The notes beneath the pieces are model-generated. The model saw nothing but the letters and a program-made list of their open reading frames with translations. It was not told the origin of the DNA and ran no database searches. The translations under genes and the position numbers were made by a program. DNA of 64,000 nt from Squalus acanthias (lineage: Eukaryota). Numbering within the stretch: position 1 is the stretch's first letter; each line of letters opens with the position of its first letter. This document shows, piece after piece, positions 12,050-24,450 of the stretch. Where the stretch lies: NCBI GenBank assembly GCA_030390025.1, contig CM059431.1:128218001-128282000 (forward strand), given 5' to 3'.

Positions 12050-12760
12050 CTAAAGTTAAATCCTGTTTAATGAATTTCCACAGTAAGTGATGCTATTAGT
12101 AATTACTGCACCATCAGAGCTTGCTGTTGGCAAAATTAATGGTGCACAGCGAAACAGTTCTGTTTGGATCTTAGTCATGTTAATAAGTTTATCAAGTAGT
12201 GAGCCCTAATAAGCAGTATACCAGAACCTACAAATTAGAAGGGCTTGTAATTTTTTTTTTAAATGACTGATTGAACCTAAAGTACATTTCACAATTAAAA
12301 GGATTAATATTGTTATAATTACAATGCAAATTACCGTCATTTATAATTGTTTTGTTAATGCCCCTGGAAGAATATATTAATTATTTTGCTGTTATTGTCA
12401 TTAGTGACCCATTTAAAGCTTATATTTAAAATATGCATCAGACTATCATATACATAATTTAAAATATTGCAAGTTCTTGCTGAATAACAAATTGCTAATT
12501 GAATTTTTAAGAGAGCAGAAAATTGGCCATTAATCCTCACACCTAATTAGTGATACTGTGTAGGTATGATGGATGGTTTAATGAACTATATCAAATTAGA
12601 TTAAATGTCATTAGTGAGTTTACACAAGTATTTATAACTCCAAGCTGTCTTCATTTTGAAATTTACATGAACTGTTTTAGGCAAAACTGGCTATTAACCG
12701 AAGGGCGTAATTAATGTATTATGGTGTTGTATAAATTATAAATTGTAATAAATGTTGTAT
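12050..12760. promoter_or_regulatory. Candidate conserved non-coding (enhancer-like) block
   Basis: Non-repetitive, AT-rich, dense in TAAT/ATTA motifs, with an ATGCAAAT octamer near 12324. No coding signal. Based on composition only. Confidence 0.3.
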
Positions 12761-12831
12761 CTATCTTATGCAACAGTTTATCTCAGTGTTCTTAGTATAA
12801 TAACAACAAACTGAAACAAAATCTGTTGCAA

Positions 12832-15485
12832 CATAAGAACATAAGAAATAGGAGCAGGAGTCGGCCATTTGGCCCTTCGAGCCTGCTCTGCCATTCAATA
12901 AGATCATGGCTGATCTTCTACCTCAACTCCACTTTCCCGCACTATCCCCATATCCCTTAATTCCCTTAGTTCCCAAAAATTTATCGACCTCTGTCTTGAA
13001 TATACTCAACGACTGAGCATCCACAGCTCTCTGCGTAGAGAATTCCAAAGATTCACAACCCTTTGAATGAAGAAATCTCTCCTCATCGCAGTCCTAAATG
13101 GCCGACCCCTTATTCTGAAACTGTGACCCCGTGTTCCAGATTCCCCAGCTGGGGAAACATTTTCTCAGCATTAACCCTGTCAAGCCCCTTAAGAATTTTA
13201 TATGTTTCAATTAGATCACCTCTTATTCTGCTAAACTCTAGGGAATATAGGCCTAGTCTACTCAATCTCTCCTCATAGGGCAATCCCCTCATCCCTGGAA
13301 CCAGTCTGGTGAACCTTCGTTGCACTCCCTCTAAGGCAAGTATGTCTTTCCTTAGGTAAGAGGACCAAACTGTACATAGTACCCCAGGTATGGCCTCACC
13401 AATGCCTTGTATAATTGTAGTAAGACATCTTTACTCTTATACTCTAATCCCTCTGTAACAAAAGCTAACATACCATTTGCTTTCCTAATTGGTTGCTGTA
13501 CCTGCATGTTAACTTTCTGTGATTCATGTACAAGGACACCCAGGTCCCTCTGAATATAAATATTTCCCAGTCTCTCACCATTCAAAAAATATTCTGCTTT
13601 TATGCTTTTCCTATCAAAGTGGATAACTTCACACTTCCCCACACTGTATTTCATTTGCCATGTTCTTGCCCACTCAGTCAACCTGTCTATATCTTCTGCA
13701 GCCTCTTTGTGTCCTCCTCACAGCTTACTTTCCCACCTAACTTTGTATCATCAGCAAACTTAGATATGTTACACTCAGTCCCTTCATCTAAGTCATTAAT
13801 ATAGATTGTAAATAGCTGAGGCCCAAGCACTGATCCTTGTGGTACCCCACTAGTTACAGCCTGCCAACCCGAAGAAGTCCCATTTATTCCTACTCTCTGT
13901 TTTCTGTCCATTAACCAATCCTCAATCCATGCTAATATATTACCCCCATCCCATGAGTCCTAATTTTGTTTAATAACCTCTTGTGTGGCACCTTATCGAA
14001 TGCTTTTTGAAAATCCAAATGCACTACATTGACTTGTTCTCCCTTATCCATCCTACTAGTTACATCTTCAAAAAACTCTAACAGATTTGTCAAACATGAT
14101 TTCCCTTTCATAAAACCATGTTGACTCTGCCTAATCATATTATGATTTTCTAAGTGCGCTGTTACCACATCCCTAATAATAGATTCTAGCATTTTGCCTA
14201 CTACTGATGTCAGGCTAACTGGCCTATAGTTCTCCATTTTTTCTCTTCCTCCTTTCTTAAATAGCAGGGTTATGGTTGCTACTTTCCAATCCTTGGGGAC
14301 TGTTCTAGAATCTAGAGAATTCTGGAAGATTAATAACAGTGCATCCACTATCTCTGCTGCTACCTCTTTTAGAACCCTAGGATGCAGGTCATCAGGTCCA
14401 TGGGATGTGTCACCACTTAGTCCCATTAATTTTTCCAGTACTATGGGCTAGAAATTCAATGCATTTGCACCTCTTGTTAGTGCTCCTGGGGGCACCAACG
14501 GGGCGCAAACGACTTTTCACCCAGGCGTAGCTACGGTAACGACTCCTGCTAAATTCAGCGGGAGTTTAGCGGTGGCAGTAACCAGTAGCACCCCGCTCCG
14601 CTGCACAGGTGACACCGTGCACAGTGTTTTCACCCTGCCTGCAAAATTGGCCCACACCCCCTGAATCTGCGCCGGGCGATGACAACAACCGATTCAGAGG
14701 ACGGGAACAGAGCGCAGGAGGCTTGCATGGCGTTAACTAAAAAAATCGGCCAACCTGTTGCAGCCCGGTGCGTCTTTGAACGCAGGGTCTGTGCCACGAT
14801 CTGGCATGGCACCCCGCTCCCCGGTTGTCCAGTTAGGGCCCCACAGAGTTGTGGGCTTGGGCTGCCCCCTTGAATGAGGGGAAGAGCCCTTTCATGCAGC
14901 AGCGCTACGTAGCCCAGTCCGTAGCACTGCAGAACGCACCGCCCCGGGGTTAGCGCTCTAAGAAGGAAGTGGAGTGCTTGAATTAGCGCTTCACCTCCCT
15001 CTTGGGCCGCTAAAACTGAAGTTAGCGATCGCTGGCGCTATTTTTCGCCGGGTGCTAAATTTAGCGCCCAGGTGATGTTGGCGACTCAAAATGGTCACTA
15101 ATTAATTTTTGCCCCTATGTATTTACTTACACTGATTTCTTTAAGTTCGTCATTCTCTACAGACCCTTGGTTCCCCATTGTTTCTGGAATGTTTTAGTGT
15201 CTTCTACCGTGAAGACAGATACAAAGTATTTGGTTAATGTCTCTGCCATTTCCTTATTGCCCATTATAATTTCTTCTGTCTCTGCCTCTAATGGGTCCAC
15301 CTTTACTTTCACTAGGCTCTTCCTATTTACATACCTATAGAAACGTTTACTATCTGTTTTTATGTCTCTTGCTAATTTACTCATATTCTTCTTTCTCTTT
15401 CCTTATCAGTTTCTTGGTCCTTCTTTGCTGAATTCTAAAATCCTCACAATACTCAGGCTTTCTACTCTTTTTGGCAACATTATAA
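12832..15485 (-). mobile_element. CR1 LINE fragment (RT to 3' tail), split by a MITE
   Basis: [42 protein letters not shown], and a (TTCTTATG)n tail at about 12832. Confidence 0.9.
14445..15115. mobile_element. Harbinger-like MITE nested in CR1
   Basis: TIR GGGCTAGAAATT / AATTTTTGCCCC with TAT duplicated on both sides. The CR1 sequence resumes across it. Many TAGCGC/GCGCTA motifs. Confidence 0.8.
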
Positions 15486-15834
15486 ACATAAGAACAAGAT
15501 TTGTAAGAGGAGATTCATTTTGATTGATTTAGACTGATCCTTATTCCAATCAAAGTTTAGCAACCCTAAAATCCTTTGGTACACAGCATCTAAAGCTTTA
15601 ATATTGATTGATCAAAAATTGTAGTATAAATGGAATCTTCCCACAAAATATTATATGTAGGAGCCAGAAAACAATAGAGCAAATCTCACTTATTGTCACA
15701 TTTCTTTGTTGCATACTTCACTTTATATGTAGAATTCTCTAACACATTAAACCATCTCATGTTCACTTCCATGTAACATGTCATTTTATTTCATTACAAG
15801 TTAGCTAATGTCATACTTTTAGGTTAAAGCACAG

Positions 15835-17347
15835 ATAAGAACATAAGAAATAGAAGCAGGAATTGGCCACTTGGACCCTCGAGCCTGCTCCGCCATTCAA
15901 TAAGATCATGGCTGATCTTGGGCTCAAAGCCACTTCCCCGCACGCTCACCATAACCCTTCACTCCCTTATCTTGCAAAAATCTGTCTATCTCCACCTTAA
16001 ATGTATTTAATGACCCAGTCTCCACAGCTCTCTGGGGCAGAGAATTCCACAGATTTACAACCCTCAGAGAAGAAATTCCTCCTCATCTCAGTTCTAAAAG
16101 GGCGACCCTTTATTCTAAAACTGTGCCCCCGGGTTCTAGATTTCCCCACGAGGGGAAACATCCTCTCTGCATCTACCTTGTCGAGCCCCCTCAGTATCTT
16201 ATATGTTTCAATAAGATCACCTCTCATTCTTCTAAATTCCAATGAGTATAGGCCCAGCCTGCTCAACCTTTCCTCATAAGTCAACTCCTCATCGCTGGAA
16301 TTAACCTAGTGAATCATCTCTGAACTGCCTCCAATGCAAGTATATCCTTCCTTAAATAAGGAGACCAAAACTGTACGCAGTACTCGAGGTGTGGTCTCAC
16401 CAATACCCTGTACAGTTGTAGCAGGACTTCCCTGGTTTTATTCTCCAACCCCTTTGAAATAAAGGCCAACATTCCATTTGCCTTTTTGATTACTTGCTGT
16501 ACCTGCATGCTAACTTTTTGTGTTTCATGCACAAGGACCCCCAGGTCCCTCTGAACTGTAGCATTTTGTAATCTCTCTCCATTTAAATAATAATTTGCTT
16601 TTTTTTTCCTGCCAAAGTGTATAACCTCGTACTTTTCCACATTATACTCCATCTGCCAAATGTTTGCCCACTCACTTAGCCTGTCTATATCCCTTTGCAG
16701 GTTCTTTGAGTCCTCTGCACAACTTGCTTTCCCACCCATCTTTGTATCATCCGCAAACTTGGCTACAGTACACCTGTTCCCTTCATCCAAGTTATTAATG
16801 TAGATTGTAAATAGTTGAGGCCTGAGCACCGATCCCTGTGGCACCCCACTAGTTACCTTTTGCCAACCGGAAAATTACCCATTTATCCCGACTCTCTGCT
16901 TTCTGTTAGTTAGCCAATTCTCCATCCATGCTAATATATTACCCCCAATTCCGTGAGCTCTTATCTTATGCAGTAACCTTTTATGTGGCACCTTATCGAA
17001 TGCCTTCTGGAAATCTAAATACACCACATCCACTGGTTCACCTTTGTCCACCCTGCTCATTACCTCCTCAAAGAACTCCAGCAAATTTGTTAAACATGAT
17101 TTCCCTTTCATAAAACCATGCTGACTCTGCTTGACTGCATTATGATTTTCCAAATGCCCTGCTACTGCTTCCTTAATGAAGGACTCCAGCATTTTCCCAA
17201 CGACAGATGTTAGGCTAACTGGTCTATAGTTTCCTGCTTTCTGTCTCCCTCCTTTCTTAAATAGGGGTGTTACATTTGCGGTTTTCCAATCCGCTGGGAC
17301 CTATCCAGAGTCCAGGGAATTTTGGTATATTGCAACCAATGCATCCA
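15835..17347 (-). mobile_element. CR1 LINE 3' fragment
   Basis: RT motifs ([31 protein letters not shown]) and a CR1 tail. Confidence 0.9.
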
Positions 17348-18423
17348 ACCAGATGTCAGCCACTTCAATGTTAATGAACCAATTTATATAAATAGCTGCC
17401 TACTCCAGGTGTGATTTTGTTAATATTATTAGCTTAGTGAATACAAAACCATCCAAATAGTCTTGCCCACTGAGTTAATAATGAATCTTACAATATCTGT
17501 TTTGGAACATTTTAAAGGATTTGCCCATTTCTTAATTTTAGCTCTAGACAGTGCATTTGTCTAATCTGATTTTCTTTGCTAAGTATTGGGCCGGATCTTG
17601 CTGGAAAAATAACGGCATGTTAATGACACACACCATTATTAATGTGCAAATCGGCCAGCAAGTTCAGGGGATTAAGAGATATGCCGTGAGTTGCGAATCT
17701 CCAGTACTTGCTGGTTGATTTACACGACTCCGGCGTTTGCTACATTCAAACGGCATCTCACCCTTAGCCTCCCCGTTATTTTTAAGAACTTGCTGGATTT
17801 GCACATTAATTGCCCATTATACTCACCGCAGAAAATTAGGGCTGGAAATTAACAGTATAAATACCTTTTTAACGATGTGATAATTGTTAATGCAATACCA
17901 ATCTACCAATTAATCTCTCTGGCCCAGAACGGGAACAATTTAAACTGTTCAATCTCACTCCTGCATGTAGTAAATTGTTGTTAGAGATTTTTTAAATGTC
18001 AAATTTTAAAATATTTGTCTTACTTTTCCTTTGTCTTTTTTTCTCTCTCTCAATACAATCTTTCTTTCTTTCCCTTTCTATACCTGATTCTACACTGAAT
18101 TCATCCATTCCAATTCACCCTCCTTCTCTGTCATTCCTCTGTTTATTTCTCAAACCTTAAATCTCATTGGTTAAGGAAATGCACTGTTGGTCCTGCCATT
18201 CACTAAGGTCCCAGAAGCCCCATTGCCCTCGCCACACTGTTATCAGCTCGCACGTCCAGCAACGAATGGTGCAAAAACGTTTTGAGCGGAATGGTGCAGG
18301 AAAAAGTCTAACTAATGGCGTACATTGCCCGTTAGTGGACGCTAGTGAGTTTACCACTAGTGGTACTATTGTAAACACCTAGTACCATCAACTTTGCTTG
18401 TAGCAGAACATTCACTGGCAGAC

Positions 18424-20958
18424 TTTTATTTTTTTTTATTCGTTCCTGGTATGTGGGTGTCACTGGCAAGGCCAGCATTTTTGCCCATCCCTAATTGCCC
18501 TTGAGAAGCTGGTGGTGATCCGCCGTCTTGAACCGCTGCAGTCCGTTTGGTGAAGGTACTCTCACAGGGCTGTTAGGGAAGGAGTTCCAGGATTTTGACC
18601 CAGTGACGTTGAAGGAACGGTATTATATTTCCAAGTCAGGATGCTGTGCAACTTGGAGGGGAACTTGGAGGTGGTAGTGTTCCCCTGTGCCTGCTGCCCT
18701 TGTCCTTCTAGGTGAGAGAGGTTGCGGGTTTGGGAGGTACTGTCAAAGAAGCCTTGGTGAGTTGCTGCAGTGCATCTTGTAGATGGTACACACTGCAGCC
18801 ACGGTATGCTGGTGATGGAGTGAGTGCATGTTTGTGGTGGTGGATGGGGTGCCAATCAAGCAGGCTGCTTTGTCTTGGATGGTGTCACGCTTCTTGAGTG
18901 TTGTTAGAGCAGCACTTATCCAGGCAAGTGTATTCCATCACACTCCTGACGTATGCCTTGTAGATGGTGGAAAGGCTTTGGGAAGTCAGGATGTAAGACT
19001 CTGTCCAGCTCTTTTGGCCACAGTATTCATGTGCCTGGTCCAGTTAAGTTTCTGGTCAATGGTGACCCACAGAATGTTGATGGTGGGGGATTCGGCGATG
19101 GTAATGCTGTTTAATGTCAAGGGCAGGTGGTTAGACTCTCGCTTGTTGGAGATAGTCATTGCCTGGCATTTGTGTGGCGTGAATGTTACTTGCCACTTAT
19201 CAGCCCAAGCCTGAATGTCCAGGTCTTGCTGTATGCGGGCATGGACTGCTTCATTATCTGAGGAGCTGCGTATGGAACTGAACACTATGCAATCATCAGC
19301 GAACATCCCCACTTCTGACCTTATGATGGAGGGAAGGTCATTGATGAAGCAGCTGAAGATGGTTGGGCCTAGGACACTGCCCCGAGGAACTCCTGCAGCA
19401 ATGTCCTGGGGCTGTGATGATTGACCTCCAACAACAACAACCATTTTCCTTTGTGCTAGGTATGACTCCAGCCAGTGGAGCATTTTCCCCACTGATTCCC
19501 ATTGACTTCAGTTTTACTAGGGCTCCTTGATGCCACACTCGGTCAAATGCTGCCTTGATGTCAAGGGCAGTCACTCTCACCTCACCCCTGGAATTGAGCT
19601 CTTTTGTCCATGTTTTGACCAAGGCTATAACGAGGTCTGGAGCCGAGTGGTCCTGGCAGAACCCAAACTGAGCATCTGTGAGAAGGTTGTTGGTGAGTAA
19701 GTGTCGCTTGATAGCACTGTTGATGACACCTTTCATCATTTGCTGATGATTGTGTAGACTGATGGAGCTATATTTGGCAGGATTTTATTTGTCCTGCATT
19801 TTGTGGACAGGACATACCTGGGCAGTTTTGCACATTGTCGGATAGATGCCAGTGTTGTAGCTGTACTGGAACAGCTTGGCTAGAGGCACGGCTAGTTCTG
19901 GAGCACAAGTCTTCAGCATGACAGCTGGACTATTGTCGGGCCTATAGCCTTTGCTGTATCCAGTGTGCTCAGCCATTGCTTGATATCACTTGGAGTGAAT
20001 CGAATTGGCTGAAGACTGGCTTCTGTGATGGTGGGGACCTCAGGAGTAGGCCAATACGGATCATCCACTCGGCACTTCTGGCTGAAGATGTTGCAAATGC
20101 TTCAGCCTGTCTTTGCACACACGTGCTGGGCTCCGCCATCATTGATGATGGGGATATTCATGGAGCCTCCTCCTCCCGTTAGTTGTTTAATTGTCCACCA
20201 TTATTCACGACTGGATGTGGCAGGACTGCAAAGCTTTGATCTGATCCGTTGATTGTAGGAGCACTTAGTTCTGTCTATAGTATTCTGCTTCCGCTGTTTA
20301 GCATCCATGTAGTCCTGTGTTGCAGCTTCACCAGGTTCGAACCTCATTTTTAGGAACTGCTCCTGGTATATTTTTCTGTACTCCTCATTGAAACACGGTT
20401 GGTCCCCTGGCTTGATGGTAATGGTAGAGTGAGGGTTATGCCAGGCCATGAGCTTACAGATTGTGGTGGAATATAATTCTTCTGCTGCTGATGGCGCATA
20501 GCGCCTCATGGATGCCCAGTTTTGAGCTGCTAGATCTGTTCTGAATCTATCCCACAAACTGCAGTGGTAGTGCTACACAACACGATGGACGGTGTCCGCA
20601 GTGTGAAGATGGGACTTCGTCTCCACAAGGACTGTCCAGTGGTCACTGCTATAATGCTATCATGGACTGATGCATATGTGATGGGTAGATTGATGAGGAC
20701 GAGGTCAAGTAGTTTTTTCCCTCGTGTTGGTTCTCTCACCACCTGCCACAGGCCAATCTGCCGCTATGTCCTTCAGGACTTGGTCAGCTTGGTCAGCAGT
20801 GGTGCTACTGAGCCACTCTTGGTGCTGGAAATTGAAGTCTCCCACCCAGAGTACATTCTGTGCCCTTGCTACCCTCAGTGCTTCTTCCAAGTGGTGTTCA
20901 ACGTGGAGGAGGACTGATTCATCAGCTGAGGGAGGGCGGTAAGTGGTAATCAGCAGGA
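18424..20958 (-). mobile_element. tRNA-headed LINE family, 5'-truncated copy 3
   Basis: Collinear with 4114-6680, with the same 3' end and poly(A). Confidence 0.9.
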
Positions 20959-21384
20959 TTACATACAGCAAATAACTTCTCATACAATAGAAGGAAAGGC
21001 AATACCAAAGATAAGGTTGAGGTTTTTATTTCTTCTTTGTGCATCTGCAACCATAAGACACATATCTTGCCAGGAATAGGACTCCAAAAACTCCAAAGTA
21101 CCTTCCCTGCGCCAGAATGGTAAGGTCAATGATTCCCAGATATTGGACCTTGGGCCTCATTATAATGAAGCTGGCTGGGCATCAAAGCCTGCTGGCTAAG
21201 AGTAGTGAAAAATCAGAGAAGTGGGTCTGGGATTGGGGGGTTCAGGGAACGCGAGGCTGGGGTTCGCGGGTCCAAGAATTGGGGAAGAGGGAACGCAGGG
21301 CCGGTGGTCTGGGGATTGCGGGGAGTGGCAACACGGCTCTGGAGGTCCGGACATTGTGCGAAGCAATGTTGGGCCGGGATCAAG

Positions 21385-21713
21385 AAAGAAAGAAAGAAAG
21401 ACTTGCATTTATATAGCGCCTTTCATGACTACCGGATGTCTCAAAGCGCTTTACAGCCAATGAAGTACTTTTGAAGTGTAGTCACTGTTGTAATGTGGGA
21501 AGCGCGGCAGCCGATTTGCGCACAGCAAGCTCCCACAAACAGCAATGTGATAATGACCAGACAATCTGTTTTTGTTATGTTGATTTAGGGATAAATATTT
21601 GCCAGGACACTGGGGATAACTCCCCTGCTCTTTTTTGAAATAGTGCCATGGGATCTTTTACTTCCACCTGAGAGAGCAGACGGGACCTCGGTTTAATGTC
21701 TCATCCGAAAGAC
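21385..21713 (-). mobile_element. Deu-domain SINE (SacSINE1/AmnSINE-like), head missing, L2-type tail
   Basis: Minus strand TTCGGATGAGACATTAAACCGAGGTCCCGTCTGCTCTCTCAGGTGGAAGTAAAAGATCCCATGGCACTATTT resembles the Deu core. The tail GGCGCTATATAAATGCAAG(TCTT)n is shared with the L2 end at about 2207-2240. Confidence 0.7.
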
Positions 21714-22405
21714 AGGAGTGGTGGCGAGGCAATGGGTGCCAGGGTCCAGGATTGGAACTTTGGCTGGGATCGGTGCTTTGGGCCTGGCTCAGGGATCGCG
21801 GGAGTCAGGTCAGAAGCGGTGGCAATGGTGGGGGGAGTGGGGTGGGTTCAAGAGTGATAATCAGTTCTTTTAATGTGGGATTCTCCTGGATCCATATTAA
21901 GGTAAGTTACTTTACCTTTTTTCTTGCAGGTGATCCCTTGGACTGGTTTCCCTGATTGTAGCCCACAATTACACTGGCTGGCCTCAGGGCAAACCAATCT
22001 CAGAGAGAAGACCTCAAAAAGGCATTAGGCCACTTATTTGTATATATAAAGGCTAGAAATTCATTCTAGCCCAGGAATGGGTGGTATCTTTAGAAAAGTT
22101 TTAGAATTAGCACCAGGCACAAATACTTTAGACTGCATGCAAAATTCGTGCTAACTGCTGAAAGAAATGATAGGAGCGCTAAATCAAACGTTAAAGCCCA
22201 AGCTCATTGGCATTACAATCAAAGGGTTGACCAATATCGCGTGCAGTCTAATCACAACTCAACATTGCCACAGGCTATTTCCAGTTCTTAAAGGGAAGGA
22301 TCATTGATACTGCAGAACCTCATTCTCAGCATTGCTGGCTGTGCTGCTGTCTCAGCAAGCAGCAGCAGGTCAAGTAGAAGGAGCTGGATGACTGAAGCAT
22401 CTATA

Positions 22406-24290
22406 ATGATGGCAGATCCACGCCCCATGGAGAGAGCCCGCAGATTCTGCGATCAAGCATTGGAGGCATTGGTGTTCGCAGTGGAGAGATGGAGGGCGGT
22501 GCTCTACCCAGCAAGTGGCAGGAGGCCCTCGCCGCAAGTCTTCCGCACCATGTGGAGGGAGGTTGCCCAGCACGTCTCGGGCAGCACTGTGGTCCCCAGG
22601 ACCCACACACAATTCAGGAAGAAACTTAACGACCTCACTCGGGTGGTCAGGGTGAGTCAATACTTCACCAAATGCTACATACCACCGTCTGAGCCACAGT
22701 CTTCACACACTGCCCAAAGCACCACACCCCCAGCACTCACCCACCAACACCCACACCCACATCTCACACTTTGCACACAATGACAGCTATTCAACTATGG
22801 CAGGCTCATCACCCAAACACATTGCTCCACACTCACTCACACACTTTCCTTTCTCTTGCAGGCCAAGGTGCTCACAGCAGGAAGGAGCAGGAGCACAGGT
22901 GGGGGACAAGCTGACACCCAACCACTGTCTGAGCTGGAGAATAGAGTGCTGGAGATCAATGGGTGCCAGGTGGTGGGCACCGTGGCAACCGGTGACATTC
23001 ACCTCCTTGGGGACAACAACAGTATGTTCATTCCTACTCCTTCTCACATCCCACTTCCCCCTCACCCCACAAGCCTTTTGCACTTTCCAGCTAATCATGC
23101 TGTATGCATGCATTTCTCCCTTCCTGCTCCCTCCCCTCACCTTAACCAAACACTTGTGCCTTAATGCTTGCAGATAATCAGCAAGCACCTGAGCAGCCTG
23201 TCCCTGAGGACACCGTAGAGAGCGAGGTGGGAGAAGAGGAGGAGGAAGAGCACATCGTGTCACTGCATGTCTCTCCCGCAGGCACCAGCTCAGGTACTGG
23301 CACTATGTGTTCTTTAGAGACTAGTATAGTAGCGGGATCTGCACAGGGTGAGGCACCAAGGATGAGCAGGCTGCAGCAAGGCCAAGGGGAAGGGTAGCTC
23401 GGGGGCCAGCTCCCTGGAAGGCAATTTCGCATGTGAGTTCTGCTGCATGGGACACAGATGAGGCCCTTAATCGGGAGGCGTTTAGAAGAAGGGTGATGGG
23501 CATGCACAAGGAGATGATAGGTGCAATGGCAAGGGTGCCCGAGAGCCTCTCGGCAATGGCAAGGAGTGTGGAGGAGTCTGCCTCCAACATTGCACAGAGC
23601 TCTGTGCACACCATGGAGCCCATCATTTCCAGTCTGCAAAGGATAGTAGACTCCCAGAGAGACCGTGGCGACCCAGACCTGATGCCGCGTGTGATGGGTG
23701 ATCTGGCAGCTTCCATTGCAGCATAGGCAGATGTGATGCAACGTCTTAGTGCTGTAATGCAGTCTATGCTTGGTGGCATCCAATCTCAGACTGTTCTCAT
23801 TCAGTCTCAGCTTGATGCCATGTATGCTCTGACTGCTGCCATCATGGCTGGGTCTCCCACTGTTGACTGGGGCTTTCACGGTGTCACAGCAGGCCAGCAA
23901 TCTGTGCTCCAACAGATTGCTCGGGATGCTGAGGTGCTGCCCCGGGGGAGTGCCAGGATTTTAGTGGAGCAGGAACCTGCTGTCCTCTTTCCGGATGACA
24001 GCATTCCTGCTCCCACCACTGCCACTCCGCCATTACCCTTGTCGCTGCCCGTCATCCAGCCAGCCCAGACTGCTAACGCCCATGCTGAGGTGGTGCAGTC
24101 TACAAATGGGCCTTCCAGGACCAGAGCTGTTCGAGGGCATCCTGCAAGGCCATCTCAAGTCTCCCGCACGGACACTCAGCAGCCTTCCACCAGCTGTGCC
24201 GCAGCCACTGGGCCAACACTTCGTAGGAGCACTAGAGTAGGCAAATGCACAGTAATGAGAGGCACTAAGGGATTGCACAATGGTGATTAG
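22406..24290 (+). pseudogene. Harbinger Myb/SANT-like (trihelix) DNA-binding protein, 3 exons, disrupted
   Basis: RARRFCDQALEAL...WREVAQHV...RTHTQFRKKLNDL. Donor GTGAGT at 22652, acceptor TTGCAG ending 22861, donor GTATGT at 23022, acceptor TTGCAG ending 23173. Internal stops in exon 3. Confidence 0.75.
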
Positions 24291-24450
24291 TTCATATTGT
24301 TGTAAATATGTGTTGACTGATTATTGATAAATTTGTTAATTCAGTTTGGATTCTTTTGTGGAGTCTCTCATTTCAGGTTTGTGCTGTGATATGGCCTGCG
24401 GCAGGGATGGATTGATCGGGATTTGGTGAGCAGTGGGGATCTGGGGTTTA

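Noticed and set aside
17588..18350. Another MITE starting GGGCCGGATCTTGCTGG
   Set aside because: No matching right TIR or TSD could be identified, so its boundaries are unsupported.
22304..22783. Host gene of the NAIF1/MSANTD type
   Set aside because: It has multiple paralogous decayed copies in the window, contains stops and frameshifts, and is linked to TIRs and a transposase.
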